37,940 bases of DNA, taken from positions 1-37,940 of IMG/VR virus record IMGVR_UViG_3300032235_000795, one strand, 5' to 3'. Under the pieces are notes generated by a model. It saw nothing but the letters and a program-made list of their open reading frames with translations. It searched no databases and had not been told where the DNA came from. Positions 1 through 7,642 of the stretch are shown in pieces. Every line of letters starts with the position of its first letter. Position 1 is the stretch's first letter. Position numbers and translations under genes: made by a program. The stretch is from a virus (Duplodnaviria; Caudoviricetes).

Positions 1-3
1 CTA

Positions 4-264
4 ATGACTCAACAACTTTCACCCTCTGCTCAGGCGGTATTCGACGCCGCCTTCCCTGTTTACGACGACGAAATTCTGTATGTTGCGCCTGCAAAAAAAC
101 ATGCGTGCATGATTGCCGCCGCCGCCCTGCGTGCTGCTGCGGATCAGACTGCGCCAGAAAAACAGCTTGAGGACATTGCTTACATCCACGAAAGCTACGT
201 TGACGGGATGAGGGATGCCCTTGCCTGCATTGAGATCATCGCCGAAGAGCTTCAAGCTCAGTAG
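4..264 (+). CDS. Hypothetical phage protein (LSPxAQAV..AAALRAAADQ type, common in cyanophages)
   Basis: 86-aa ORF with ATG start; motif recalled from cyanophage hypothetical proteins. Confidence 0.7.
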   Translation: MTQQLSPSAQAVFDAAFPVYDDEILYVAPAKKHACMIAAAALRAAADQTAPEKQLEDIAYIHESYVDGMRDALACIEIIAEELQAQ

Positions 265-296
265 TCAGACCCACTACTCCTAACCAACTTCTTACC

Positions 297-695
297 ATGA
301 CTGACATTCTTCATGATCCCAAAGGCGGTAACTGCACTCATGCAGCCTGGGTCAAGAACGGCAGGGTGTTCCTGTCCAATGACGATGATCCGTATTACGA
401 GCAAGACTTCAAAAACCGAGAAGAGCTTCAAACGTTTGTCGACCACCTCTGGCAGACTGCTGATGAAGCCTGGCCCAAACAGTCTGACGATCTGCTGGAG
501 CGTCTGCGCAACGCCTATCAGTGCTGCAAAGATTGCGGCAATACGTATGGCGTTTACAGCGTTGGCTGCAGCAGCAGTCGAATCGGCAAGTGCGACGTAT
601 GCGACGCACAAACTTGGGTCACGGAAACGCGAGACTACGCTTACTTGATTACTGGTATTCGCCGTGTGGAGACTGCTCGCAAAAGCGCTGGGTGA
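297..695 (+). CDS. Hypothetical protein with C-terminal Zn-finger-like motif
   Basis: 132 aa; CCKDC...CDVC Cys pairs in the C-terminal half. Confidence 0.7.
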   Translation: MTDILHDPKGGNCTHAAWVKNGRVFLSNDDDPYYEQDFKNREELQTFVDHLWQTADEAWPKQSDDLLERLRNAYQCCKDCGNTYGVYSVGCSSSRIGKCDVCDAQTWVTETRDYAYLITGIRRVETARKSAG

Positions 696-951
696 ACGCG
701 CCAGCGCATGTGATCGCGAGTCAGATCGGGTTGCCTTGATCCGGCTCGTGATCCTTGCCAGTTACTTGATCACGAATTGTTTCATCATTGCGGGTGTCAT
801 TCGACATTGGGGGCCGAAGGGTCCGCAAGACCCGGCTGTACGGGATTTCGAGTGCGCGCGCGATGGCGGCAGCTTTCATGCCACCACGGTGCATGAAGAA
901 GATCAGCTCTCGATCAAACGGGTCAGCCATGGCGCTGGACAATTCGTGTAG
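664..951 (+). CDS. Small membrane protein (MWRxxAKALGE..CFIIAGVIRHW cyanophage type) with C-terminal extension
   Basis: GTG start; hydrophobic segment VALIRLVILASYLITNCFIIAGVI; family recalled from cyanophages. Confidence 0.6.
   Translation: MWRLLAKALGERASACDRESDRVALIRLVILASYLITNCFIIAGVIRHWGPKGPQDPAVRDFECARDGGSFHATTVHEEDQLSIKRVSHGAGQFV
721..930 (-). CDS. Small helix-turn-helix DNA-binding protein
   Basis: From ATG at 930: MADPFDRELIFFMHRGGMKAAAIARALEIPYSRVLRTL fits the HTH pattern; divergent from the gene at 988. Confidence 0.55.
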   Translation of the reverse strand: MADPFDRELIFFMHRGGMKAAAIARALEIPYSRVLRTLRPPMSNDTRNDETIRDQVTGKDHEPDQGNPI

Positions 952-987
952 GGCTATGGTAGCCTTTATGGGTACCTTTATCCACTT

Positions 988-1152
988 ATGACTCCAGAGG
1001 AATTTCGGGACGCATTGGTCCCCATCCGAGACCAGCTTGATCAGGTGCTCGGCAAGATTTATTGGCAAGACGGCATGGCGCAGTCGTTTCTCGCGCTTCA
1101 CCACTCACTTGAAAACCTAAAGCTCGCTCGCGACTTATCTCATCGTGTCTGA
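988..1152 (+). CDS. Hypothetical protein, 54 aa (not in ORF track)
   Basis: MTPEEFRDALVPIRDQLDQVLGKIYWQDGMAQSFLALHHSLENLKLARDLSHRV; its stop overlaps the start region of the next gene. Confidence 0.6.
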   Translation: MTPEEFRDALVPIRDQLDQVLGKIYWQDGMAQSFLALHHSLENLKLARDLSHRV

Positions 1153-1981
1153 TTACCACTCACATCCAGCGCTGTCGGCGTCGAAGCTCAAGACGATTAT
1201 CAGTGGCACACCGCGTGACTACTGGGCAAAGCACGTCGATCCAGATCGCAAGCCATTCCTACCCACAGATGCAATGCGTCAGGGCAGTTTGGTCGATTGC
1301 TTGATCACTGAGCCACATGAATACTCAACCCGGTATCTGGTTGCGCCTCACTGCGATCGGCGAACCAAGGAGGGAAAAGCGATCTGGTCTGAGTTTCAGG
1401 CCGGCGCCGAAGGTCGTGAGGTGATTACCCGCGACTGGGAGGACAATGCACTGCGCGTTGTGGAGGCGCTGATGCGTGATCCAGATGCAGCTTCACTGCT
1501 CAGGGATGGTCAAGGGCAGGAGCCTCACTTCTGGCATGACAGCCTGATGGAGGTCGACTGCCGGTACAAGCCTGATGTAGAGCATCCTGATCGCGGCATC
1601 CTTGTGGACCTTAAAAAGGCACGGTCCGCGAGTCCTCGGATGTTTGCGGCGCAGTCGTATTCGCTGGCGTATGACTTGCAGATGTCGCATTACAGCGCAG
1701 GCTGGGCGGATCGTTACGGCGAGCCCCCGCACACTCACATCCTTGTTGCGTATGAGTGGCAGTGGCCGCATAACATCAGCGTCAACGTGCTCAGCCCCGA
1801 TCTGATTGAGGAGGGCCATCGCCGCCGCGAGGAAGCGATCGTTGCAGTCAAGCGCTGTATGGAAGCTGATCAGTGGCCGTCGTGGGGCACGGTCGAAATG
1901 GACGTACCGCGCTGGGCACATGCAGATGACCCTGCAAATGCAACCGATGCTGATGATCTTGAACTGGAGGGCCTCGAGTGA
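1145..1981 (+). CDS. Exonuclease VIII/RecE-like PD-(D/E)XK nuclease (DUF3799-like)
   Basis: YHSHPALSASKLK, TDAMRQGS, CDRRTKEGK, CRYKPD...LVDLKK, YDLQMSHY motifs. Confidence 0.85.
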   Translation: MSDYHSHPALSASKLKTIISGTPRDYWAKHVDPDRKPFLPTDAMRQGSLVDCLITEPHEYSTRYLVAPHCDRRTKEGKAIWSEFQAGAEGREVITRDWEDNALRVVEALMRDPDAASLLRDGQGQEPHFWHDSLMEVDCRYKPDVEHPDRGILVDLKKARSASPRMFAAQSYSLAYDLQMSHYSAGWADRYGEPPHTHILVAYEWQWPHNISVNVLSPDLIEEGHRRREEAIVAVKRCMEADQWPSWGTVEMDVPRWAHADDPANATDADDLELEGLE

Positions 1982-2526
1982 ATTTTGATGAACTTTATCC
2001 CGGTCGCTTTTTGAAGGCTGGGTTAATCCCCAACGGCAAAGCAAATTACACGATTAAATCTGTCGCGAAGGAGCAGATCGAGGGTGAACGCGGCCTCGAG
2101 GACAAGGTTGTGATGTCGTTCCAGGAGACGGCGCTTCAGCTTGTGCTGCCCAAGGTGAATGCTGTTGCTGTGCGTGCGATGTTCGGCAGCGATGTTCAAG
2201 CATGGATTGGCAAGCGTTTGACGTTGTATGCGACGACGGACATCATGCCGTTCCCGAAAAGGCGCAATGAACCGTGCATCCGTGTGTTCGGTAGCCCCGA
2301 TATCCGCGAGCAAGTGGTATGTGAATGGCAGCCACCAAAACGTCGCAAGCTGGTGCAAACGCTGATGCCGACTGGTTATTACGTGACTGCATGGAATGCA
2401 ATCCATCAGGCCACACCAGATCAAATGCCAGCGATGCGCTCCAGGGTTGATCAACTCACTGCACAGGGCGAACTGACAGCCGAGGAAGCAGCGCAATTGG
2501 TTGCTGCAATCGAAGCCAGAGTGTAG
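1978..2526 (+). CDS. Putative ssDNA-binding/annealing-type protein next to the exonuclease
   Basis: YPGRFLKA..LVLPKVNA..FGSDVQAWIGKRLTLY..CIRV pattern; 4-nt coupled to the exonuclease; function inferred. Confidence 0.6.
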   Translation: MNFDELYPGRFLKAGLIPNGKANYTIKSVAKEQIEGERGLEDKVVMSFQETALQLVLPKVNAVAVRAMFGSDVQAWIGKRLTLYATTDIMPFPKRRNEPCIRVFGSPDIREQVVCEWQPPKRRKLVQTLMPTGYYVTAWNAIHQATPDQMPAMRSRVDQLTAQGELTAEEAAQLVAAIEARV

Positions 2527-2557
2527 TCTGTTTATCGAGTTCGTTTTATTTTGCGTT

Positions 2558-2890
2558 ATGTCGGAGTTCGAAAAGGTATCGATCGAAGAGGCGCGCAGTC
2601 GCATTGCGCGTCGCAGTAAGACCACCCCGCTGCGGGACGAAATTCTCGCCATGCAGGTAGGTGACGCGATCTCCGTTTCGTTCTATAATTCGGAAACGGG
2701 CGATGGGTTCAAGCCGACCACGGTCGCCCAAGTCGTCAGCCAGATGTCGAAAGACGGTGAGCTGCGATATTCAATGCGCAAGAACACGGATGGCGACGGC
2801 TGTTACGTGATGTGCATTGCCAAAACCCCTGAGGATGCACTGCGTCCGAAGCGTGGTCGGAAGCCCAAAATCCAGGAGACAGTCTCTTGA
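2558..2890 (+). CDS. Putative DNA-binding protein with basic AT-hook-like tail
   Basis: ATG at 2558; MQVGDAISV motif; C-terminal PKRGRKPK. Confidence 0.6.
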   Translation: MSEFEKVSIEEARSRIARRSKTTPLRDEILAMQVGDAISVSFYNSETGDGFKPTTVAQVVSQMSKDGELRYSMRKNTDGDGCYVMCIAKTPEDALRPKRGRKPKIQETVS

Positions 2891-3297
2891 CTTTTACCGC
2901 TAGTGGCGCGCTGTTTCAACAGACCGCAGAGCAACTTCAACAGCGTCTTGGTGATCGTTACGATGCATCCAAGAATTATCCGCAGTATGACGGGATTATG
3001 AATATCCCGGCTGATCAGGCGTATGCGCTTGCTCAGTACTTGATGAACGGGCAGCCGATTGGTGAACGGCAGGAAATCCCGGTGCGGATCTCAGGCTGGA
3101 AGAAGCAGTCGAATGCTGGAAAGCCTTATCTGAGCTTGAGCTTCAAGCCTGATTCGCGCGTACAACAGGCTGCTCCGGCACCTGCACCTGCACCCGCAGT
3201 AGCAACTCCGCCTCCGGTGGTGCAACAAGCTGCGCAACAGGTTGCAACTGCGTTTAACGGCGTGGTTTCAACCTTTGAAGACGAACTGCCCTTCTGA
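2887..3297 (+). CDS. Single-stranded DNA-binding protein (DUF736-like)
   Basis: SGWKKQSNAGKPYLSLSF, Pro/Ala linker, acidic-aromatic tail EDELPF typical of SSB C-termini. Confidence 0.7.
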   Translation: MTFTASGALFQQTAEQLQQRLGDRYDASKNYPQYDGIMNIPADQAYALAQYLMNGQPIGERQEIPVRISGWKKQSNAGKPYLSLSFKPDSRVQQAAPAPAPAPAVATPPPVVQQAAQQVATAFNGVVSTFEDELPF

Positions 3298-3304
3298 TCA
3301 ACCT

Positions 3305-3330
3305 GGGGCGGCCTCGGTCGCCCCTTACTT
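3305..3330 (+). terminator. Probable intrinsic terminator
   Basis: GGGGCGGC-CTCG-GTCGCCCC hairpin followed by TTACTT, directly after the SSB stop. Confidence 0.55.
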
Positions 3331-3339
3331 CGCGAAATT

Positions 3340-3762
3340 ATGGAATTTACTTTCAACAGCAAATCTCTAGAGCGTCAAGTTTCGCTTCATCAAATTCACG
3401 AGCTGACGGCCACTGATGCCCGCAAGCTGCATGCCGAACTTGTGATTGCCGTCCAAGCAATGGACGACAAGGTCAACGAAGCGCAAATTACAGCGCAAGC
3501 ATCAGGCATTCCTGCCGATAAAGATTGGATTCATCGCGTTAAGAAAAAGCGTCGCATCTGCGTTGCGTTTGCTACGCAGGTGAAGCAAGCGATGGAGAGC
3601 TCGACAACACCTCAGCAGCCGACCAGCTTTGTGACGGTCTATCAGCAAAGACTGGACGAGCTTTTGCTTGAGGAGCTTGGTCAAACTGTCTTTGACGAGA
3701 TCAAGGCAGAAGCGAGGGATCTTGCGCTTGCAGATCTTCAAGTGCCAGCTCAAGGCGCATAA
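3340..3762 (+). CDS. Hypothetical helical protein
   Basis: 140-aa ORF with ATG start that fills the operon. Confidence 0.7.
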   Translation: MEFTFNSKSLERQVSLHQIHELTATDARKLHAELVIAVQAMDDKVNEAQITAQASGIPADKDWIHRVKKKRRICVAFATQVKQAMESSTTPQQPTSFVTVYQQRLDELLLEELGQTVFDEIKAEARDLALADLQVPAQGA

Positions 3763-3904
3763 TTTCCCAAACTGCTTGCTGAAGCATGTTTTGGTACATC
3801 ACGCAGGAGCGGTAGAGGCTAGCCTCACGCTCCGTCATCGAACGAGCAGCGAGTTCATGCTGCAGCTCCTGCTCGGGCGAAATGTTGTTTTTAATCCATT
3901 CCAT
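3701..3904 (-). CDS. Small helical protein, NblA-like candidate
   Basis: ISPEQEL..RSMTEREA..LYRSCVMYQNMLQQAV loosely matches the NblA pattern LSLEQQF..MS..QA..LY. Confidence 0.5.
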   Translation of the reverse strand: MEWIKNNISPEQELQHELAARSMTEREASLYRSCVMYQNMLQQAVWEIMRLELALEDLQAQDPSLLP

Positions 3905-3912
3905 TTTTCATC

Positions 3913-4125
3913 ATGCACTGGGTCGAGGAAGACGCTGGCAAAACACAGCACGGGGAAGGGATCAGCAGGGCGCCAGCAGGTGTTAGAACAAAAATGTTTA
4001 ATTTAATCGTAAAGCAACCAGGGGCAAGGCCCATGAAATTCAGCATTCCAGCAGAATCAGCGACAAAGGCAAGGCAATACGCCGCTGCACGCTGGCCGAT
4101 GGCTCAGGTGGAGGTGGTGAAGTGA
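3913..4125 (+). CDS. Hypothetical cyanophage protein
   Basis: GEGISR..PMK..AES..KA..YA.ARWP motif; 4-nt overlap with thyX. Confidence 0.7.
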   Translation: MHWVEEDAGKTQHGEGISRAPAGVRTKMFNLIVKQPGARPMKFSIPAESATKARQYAAARWPMAQVEVVK

Positions 4126-4757
4126 GTCGCGTCAGCTTGGTTCACTGCACGCCGGATGCGGAGAAGTTGATCGTGCGAATGGCGCGCGTTTCAAATCCGT
4201 CAAACCAGGACAACGACGAGACGGCGCCTCGATTGCTGCGTTACTTGATCAAGCATTCCCACTGGAGTCCGTTTCAGATGGCGACAATGTGCGTTGAAAT
4301 TGAAACTGAGCGAGACATTGCGGCGCAGATTTTGCGGCATTCTTCGTTTGCGTTTCAAGAGTTCAGCACCCGCTACGCCAAGACCGACATGGCCGATGCA
4401 CCGCACCAGCGATTACAAGACCACAAAAACCGGCAAAACAGCATCGATGAGCTGGAGCCTCAGATGCAGGACTACTGGGCAGAGCGCACCAGTGATGTGA
4501 TTGCGCGGTCATTCACCCTGTACGAGCAGATGCTCGAGGAGGGCATTGCCAAGGAGACCGCACGCAGGATTCTGCCGCTATGCACCCCAACAACGCTGTA
4601 CATGCACTCGACACTTCGCTCGTGGCTGCATTACATACAGCTCAGGTCTGGCCCAGAAACCCAGCTCGAGCACCAAGAGATCGCACTTGCATGCCGCGAT
4701 ATCTTCACCGAACAATTCCCCGTCATCGCAGAGGCAGCATTCAATGAGATGCCCTAG
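4122..4757 (+). CDS. thyX: Flavin-dependent thymidylate synthase
   Basis: ARVSNP, HSHWSPF, QILRHSSFAFQEFSTRY (RHxX7S signature), AKETARRILP, RSWLHYIQLR, TQLEH. Confidence 0.95.
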   Translation: MSRVSLVHCTPDAEKLIVRMARVSNPSNQDNDETAPRLLRYLIKHSHWSPFQMATMCVEIETERDIAAQILRHSSFAFQEFSTRYAKTDMADAPHQRLQDHKNRQNSIDELEPQMQDYWAERTSDVIARSFTLYEQMLEEGIAKETARRILPLCTPTTLYMHSTLRSWLHYIQLRSGPETQLEHQEIALACRDIFTEQFPVIAEAAFNEMP

Positions 4758-4968
4758 CTGTGACCATTACGAAATGCGCGTAACGCATACCGCTAGAGAT
4801 ACTGCTGAATCCATTACAAGACATCGCAAATGCTTGAAATGCGGTTACAAAACATTCACTGTTGAGATTGAGCTGCCGCAAGGCGCTGCACAGCACAAAA
4901 GAGGCGAACCCAGAATCATTCGCCTGCTCTCATACCGTCGCGTCGCTTTTCCTGATGGCAGTCTCTAA
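4744..4968 (+). CDS. NrdR-like N-terminal zinc-ribbon protein
   Basis: MRCPSCDH..RVTHT...ITRHRKCLKCGYKTFTVE matches the NrdR Zn ribbon; no ATP-cone. Confidence 0.75.
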   Translation: MRCPSCDHYEMRVTHTARDTAESITRHRKCLKCGYKTFTVEIELPQGAAQHKRGEPRIIRLLSYRRVAFPDGSL

Positions 4969-5242
4969 GAATGCTCGACCCTGCATAACCTGCAGCCGTA
5001 TGACAACCAGCTTGCTGCAGTGTCCAGCTTGTTACAAGCAGACTGCCGCAGGCAAAGCCGAAGCTACGCTGAAGAATCGGTTACAGAAATATAAACCCGC
5101 GCATAATGGCGGTCCATGTGCGGCATGCTTGCACTGGATCGGTCGCTGCGGTCTCGGCCTGCCAGAAGGCGGGTCAGAATATGCCCGTGACTGCTCTGTG
5201 CTTTTACTTCAAAACGAATTATGCGAAGCCATCCTTTCTTGA
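4955..5242 (+). CDS. Cys-rich protein with two metal-binding motifs
   Basis: CITC-x9-CPAC and CAACLHW..RCGLGLPEG..ARDC. Confidence 0.7.
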   Translation: MAVSKNARPCITCSRMTTSLLQCPACYKQTAAGKAEATLKNRLQKYKPAHNGGPCAACLHWIGRCGLGLPEGGSEYARDCSVLLLQNELCEAILS

Positions 5243-5454
5243 ATCCCCTTGAAGCGGCCCTTATCCGTTGGATCAGCCGCTCACCTCGCATTGGCATGAT
5301 CATGGTTAAAGAACACAGTTCGCTTGTGAGCTGGATCGTTCGCGATGAGTCTGATCTTTGCGTCGCTGATCTCCAGCAGGAAGATGAAGACTTTGAAGAG
5401 CCGCCTTCGATGCAGTTCGAGCGGCTTTACCATGCACCTGACGCCCAACGTTAG
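5221..5454 (+). CDS. Hypothetical cyanophage protein
   Basis: RSPRIG...EPPSMQFERLYHAPDA motif. Confidence 0.65.
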   Translation: MRSHPFLNPLEAALIRWISRSPRIGMIMVKEHSSLVSWIVRDESDLCVADLQQEDEDFEEPPSMQFERLYHAPDAQR

Positions 5455-5460
5455 ACCTAC

Positions 5461-5643
5461 ATGTACCTGCCAAGTGCAGGGGTGGGGTCTTTTGGCGTTC
5501 ACCCTGTGACCTGGGGTGTCGAAACCTATTTCAAACCTTGGTTTTTCAATGGAAGAATTGTTTACTGGGATTATCCGTCCCTTGACTGCCGAGATGCTTT
5601 GCGAAGAGCTGAAGCCATGGCAAATCGAGAGCGGCAAGTCTGA
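5461..5643 (+). CDS. Hypothetical protein
   Basis: 60-aa ORF in the operon; YFKPWFFNG motif. Confidence 0.55.
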   Translation: MYLPSAGVGSFGVHPVTWGVETYFKPWFFNGRIVYWDYPSLDCRDALRRAEAMANRERQV

Positions 5644-5788
5644 TTTCCTTGATTATCTTTATGAGCTTTACGACCGCGACAATGCCGAGATTGGCTTGCG
5701 TGGCACGTATACCGGCCTGTGGGAGCAGTTCAAAAATGACACTGCCGAAATCATGCGCGCCGGCCACATTTCAACTGGTACTCTTTAA
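5594..5788 (+). CDS. Hypothetical cyanophage protein (TYTGLW type)
   Basis: DFLDYLYELYDR...GTYTGLW; TAATG coupling to the kinase; start uncertain (5594 or 5516). Confidence 0.65.
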   Translation: MLCEELKPWQIESGKSDFLDYLYELYDRDNAEIGLRGTYTGLWEQFKNDTAEIMRAGHISTGTL

Positions 5789-6324
5789 TGCAAAAAATTA
5801 TTGGTCTTTATAGCCCGGCACCGCAGTCGGGGAAGTCAACTGTTGCTAGCGAGCTGGAGCAGCGCGGTTACGTCATTGTGCCATTTGCTGAAACGCTCAA
5901 GCTGATGCTGATTCCGATGCTGGAATCACTTGGCTATGACAGGCATGGCGCAAATTATCTGGTCTATCAGGCTAAGCAGGTTGTCGTCGGTGACGCTGGC
6001 GTGAGTGTGCGGCATATGCTGCAAACCTTAGGCACAGAGTGGGGACGAGCCTGTATTCATCCAGAGATCTGGGTGCGCTGCTGGAAAGGGCGCGCTCAGC
6101 AGTACTCGGCTGTGGTTGCTGATGATGTGCGCTTTCCCAATGAAGCAGCAATGATCAAGCTGCTAGGTGGTGAAATGTGGCGCATCGATCGACCCGATGT
6201 CCCGTGTGAGCATGGTCATGCGAGTGAGGGCAGTCTTGATGGCTACAACGATTTTGATCGCTTTATCACAAATGATGGGACAATTGATGACTTGATCTCT
6301 AAGCTCCGGGAAATACCCGTGTAG
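5788..6324 (+). CDS. Deoxynucleoside monophosphate kinase
   Basis: P-loop IIGLYSPAPQSGKST, PFAETLK, RHMLQTLGTEWGR, DDVRFPNEA, HASE, ITNDGT. Confidence 0.9.
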   Translation: MQKIIGLYSPAPQSGKSTVASELEQRGYVIVPFAETLKLMLIPMLESLGYDRHGANYLVYQAKQVVVGDAGVSVRHMLQTLGTEWGRACIHPEIWVRCWKGRAQQYSAVVADDVRFPNEAAMIKLLGGEMWRIDRPDVPCEHGHASEGSLDGYNDFDRFITNDGTIDDLISKLREIPV

Positions 6325-6326
6325 AA

Positions 6327-6632
6327 ATGGCAAGTCTGCGTTACCACGCTGGCCGGATGGTGCTTTACGAGGCGCCATCTGGCTGGTGGGTGCGCATCAA
6401 AACCAAGAAGGGCAAGCTCGATCTGCCGCTTGGAGCCATCACCCTGGAACTGGCGGTACCAGAAGCGGAGCAGCTTTATGCTGATGCTCGCGCGATCGAC
6501 GACAGCCATCCATATTGCCAGCAATGCATCCACTGGAAGGCAGTTGCGGCAAGATGTAATTTAGGGTTTCCAGAAGGGAGAGCATCCGGTGGCCGATTCG
6601 CAAGAGACTGCAGTGCCTACAGGGGCAATTGA
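6327..6632 (+). CDS. Hypothetical protein with C-terminal CxxCxHW Cys cluster
   Basis: CQQCIHW..RCNLGFPEG..ARDCSAY. Confidence 0.7.
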   Translation: MASLRYHAGRMVLYEAPSGWWVRIKTKKGKLDLPLGAITLELAVPEAEQLYADARAIDDSHPYCQQCIHWKAVAARCNLGFPEGRASGGRFARDCSAYRGN

Positions 6633-6792
6633 CTGCGGCGATGGCTATTACATCGAGATGGGCGAAGAGCCGGGCATTGGCGAGGTGCGTTATGCCGCCT
6701 GCAGCCCTGGTGGTGCTATCTGCCGGTATGCCAATGATCTATGGCAGGTGCAAATCTATATTGAACATTTGAAGGGTAACAGGCCCCAGTGA
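6589..6792 (+). CDS. Hypothetical protein
   Basis: 67-aa ORF, last gene of the + strand arm; start uncertain. Confidence 0.55.
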   Translation: MADSQETAVPTGAIDCGDGYYIEMGEEPGIGEVRYAACSPGGAICRYANDLWQVQIYIEHLKGNRPQ

Positions 6793-7081
6793 TCCATTCG
6801 TAAACCTGTTGCGCGCGATGCCAGTTCCAGTGATGTTGCATCGTCCACCACGTCCACAACGAAGTGTGACCTTTTGAAGCATTGCAAGAAAGACAGGCGG
6901 GCACGCAGTTCTCGGGAACCGTGAGCCCGCCTCTCGCTTTTGGCTTTACGTGATCAATTGTAGTGGCGTGACGACCACAATATGCACAGCAGTCATGCCA
7001 TGCGTCAAAGATTGATGCCCTGAATCGCTGTCTTGTAACTTTTTTGCTAACCAGTTCGACGCCATCGATCTGGTGCTCCAT
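6716..7081 (-). CDS. HNH endonuclease
   Basis: CAYCG..TIDHVKPKARGG..NCVPACLSCNASKG. Confidence 0.9.
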   Translation of the reverse strand: MEHQIDGVELVSKKVTRQRFRASIFDAWHDCCAYCGRHATTIDHVKPKARGGLTVPENCVPACLSCNASKGHTSLWTWWTMQHHWNWHRAQQVYEWITGACYPSNVQYRFAPAIDHWHTGR

Positions 7082-7111
7082 AAGGGCGAGTCGGGCTCGC
7101 CTACAGGGTAG

Positions 7112-7636
7112 CTAGACCGAGCGCTCCCAGCTTGGCATTACACGAGGCTGATTATTGTAATGTCCAGCTTCTGCGTAGCTGATATGGGGGATCCCAGCGG
7201 TTATGACAAAAACCATCTGACCAATCTTCAGTCCAGGATATAGCGGAAGCGAATGAAGACAGCGAGCATTGACTAGCTCTAAAGTCAGCTTACTTCCGCA
7301 CCATTCAGGATCTGCAAATCCTGCGTGAGAGTGTTCGTAACCTTCACGCGCACGACTAGATTTAAGGCAAAACATTCCGCACACATCATTGGGCATGTTG
7401 AATGTTTCGCGTGTCTCCGCTAATACAAACTCACCCGGTGCAAGCCAGTAAGGATTGTCAGCGCTGCAATGTGCAATCGACTGAAGCTGCAGCTCTGGCG
7501 TGTGCTCCACCTCCACCATGATGTTGTCGCCAAGCCTGAGGTCAAGCGATGCCGGATTCAGCAGTTCAGGCTCGAACGGCTCGATCATCCGCTCCTCTTG
7601 GATGAGGCGCTGGATTTCGGTGTCGTGGAGGATCAT
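7112..7636 (-). CDS. dcd: dCTP deaminase (dUTPase superfamily)
   Basis: NPASLDLRLG, PGEFVLAET, KSSRAREG, AGFADP..G.LTLEL, PGLKIGQMVF. Confidence 0.9.
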   Translation of the reverse strand: MILHDTEIQRLIQEERMIEPFEPELLNPASLDLRLGDNIMVEVEHTPELQLQSIAHCSADNPYWLAPGEFVLAETRETFNMPNDVCGMFCLKSSRAREGYEHSHAGFADPEWCGSKLTLELVNARCLHSLPLYPGLKIGQMVFVITAGIPHISYAEAGHYNNQPRVMPSWERSV

Positions 7637-7642
7637 GCAGGA

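Noticed and set aside
1493-2652. Minus-strand ORFs of 183 and 209 aa
   Set aside because: Shadows of the exonuclease and its neighbour
3170-3215. CCTGCA tandem repeat
   Set aside because: Simply encodes the Pro-Ala linker of the SSB
6716-7081. HNH as terminase-associated cos nuclease or McrA-type defence
   Set aside because: It lies far from terS, and lambda-type GpA does not need one; the specific role cannot be supported from sequence
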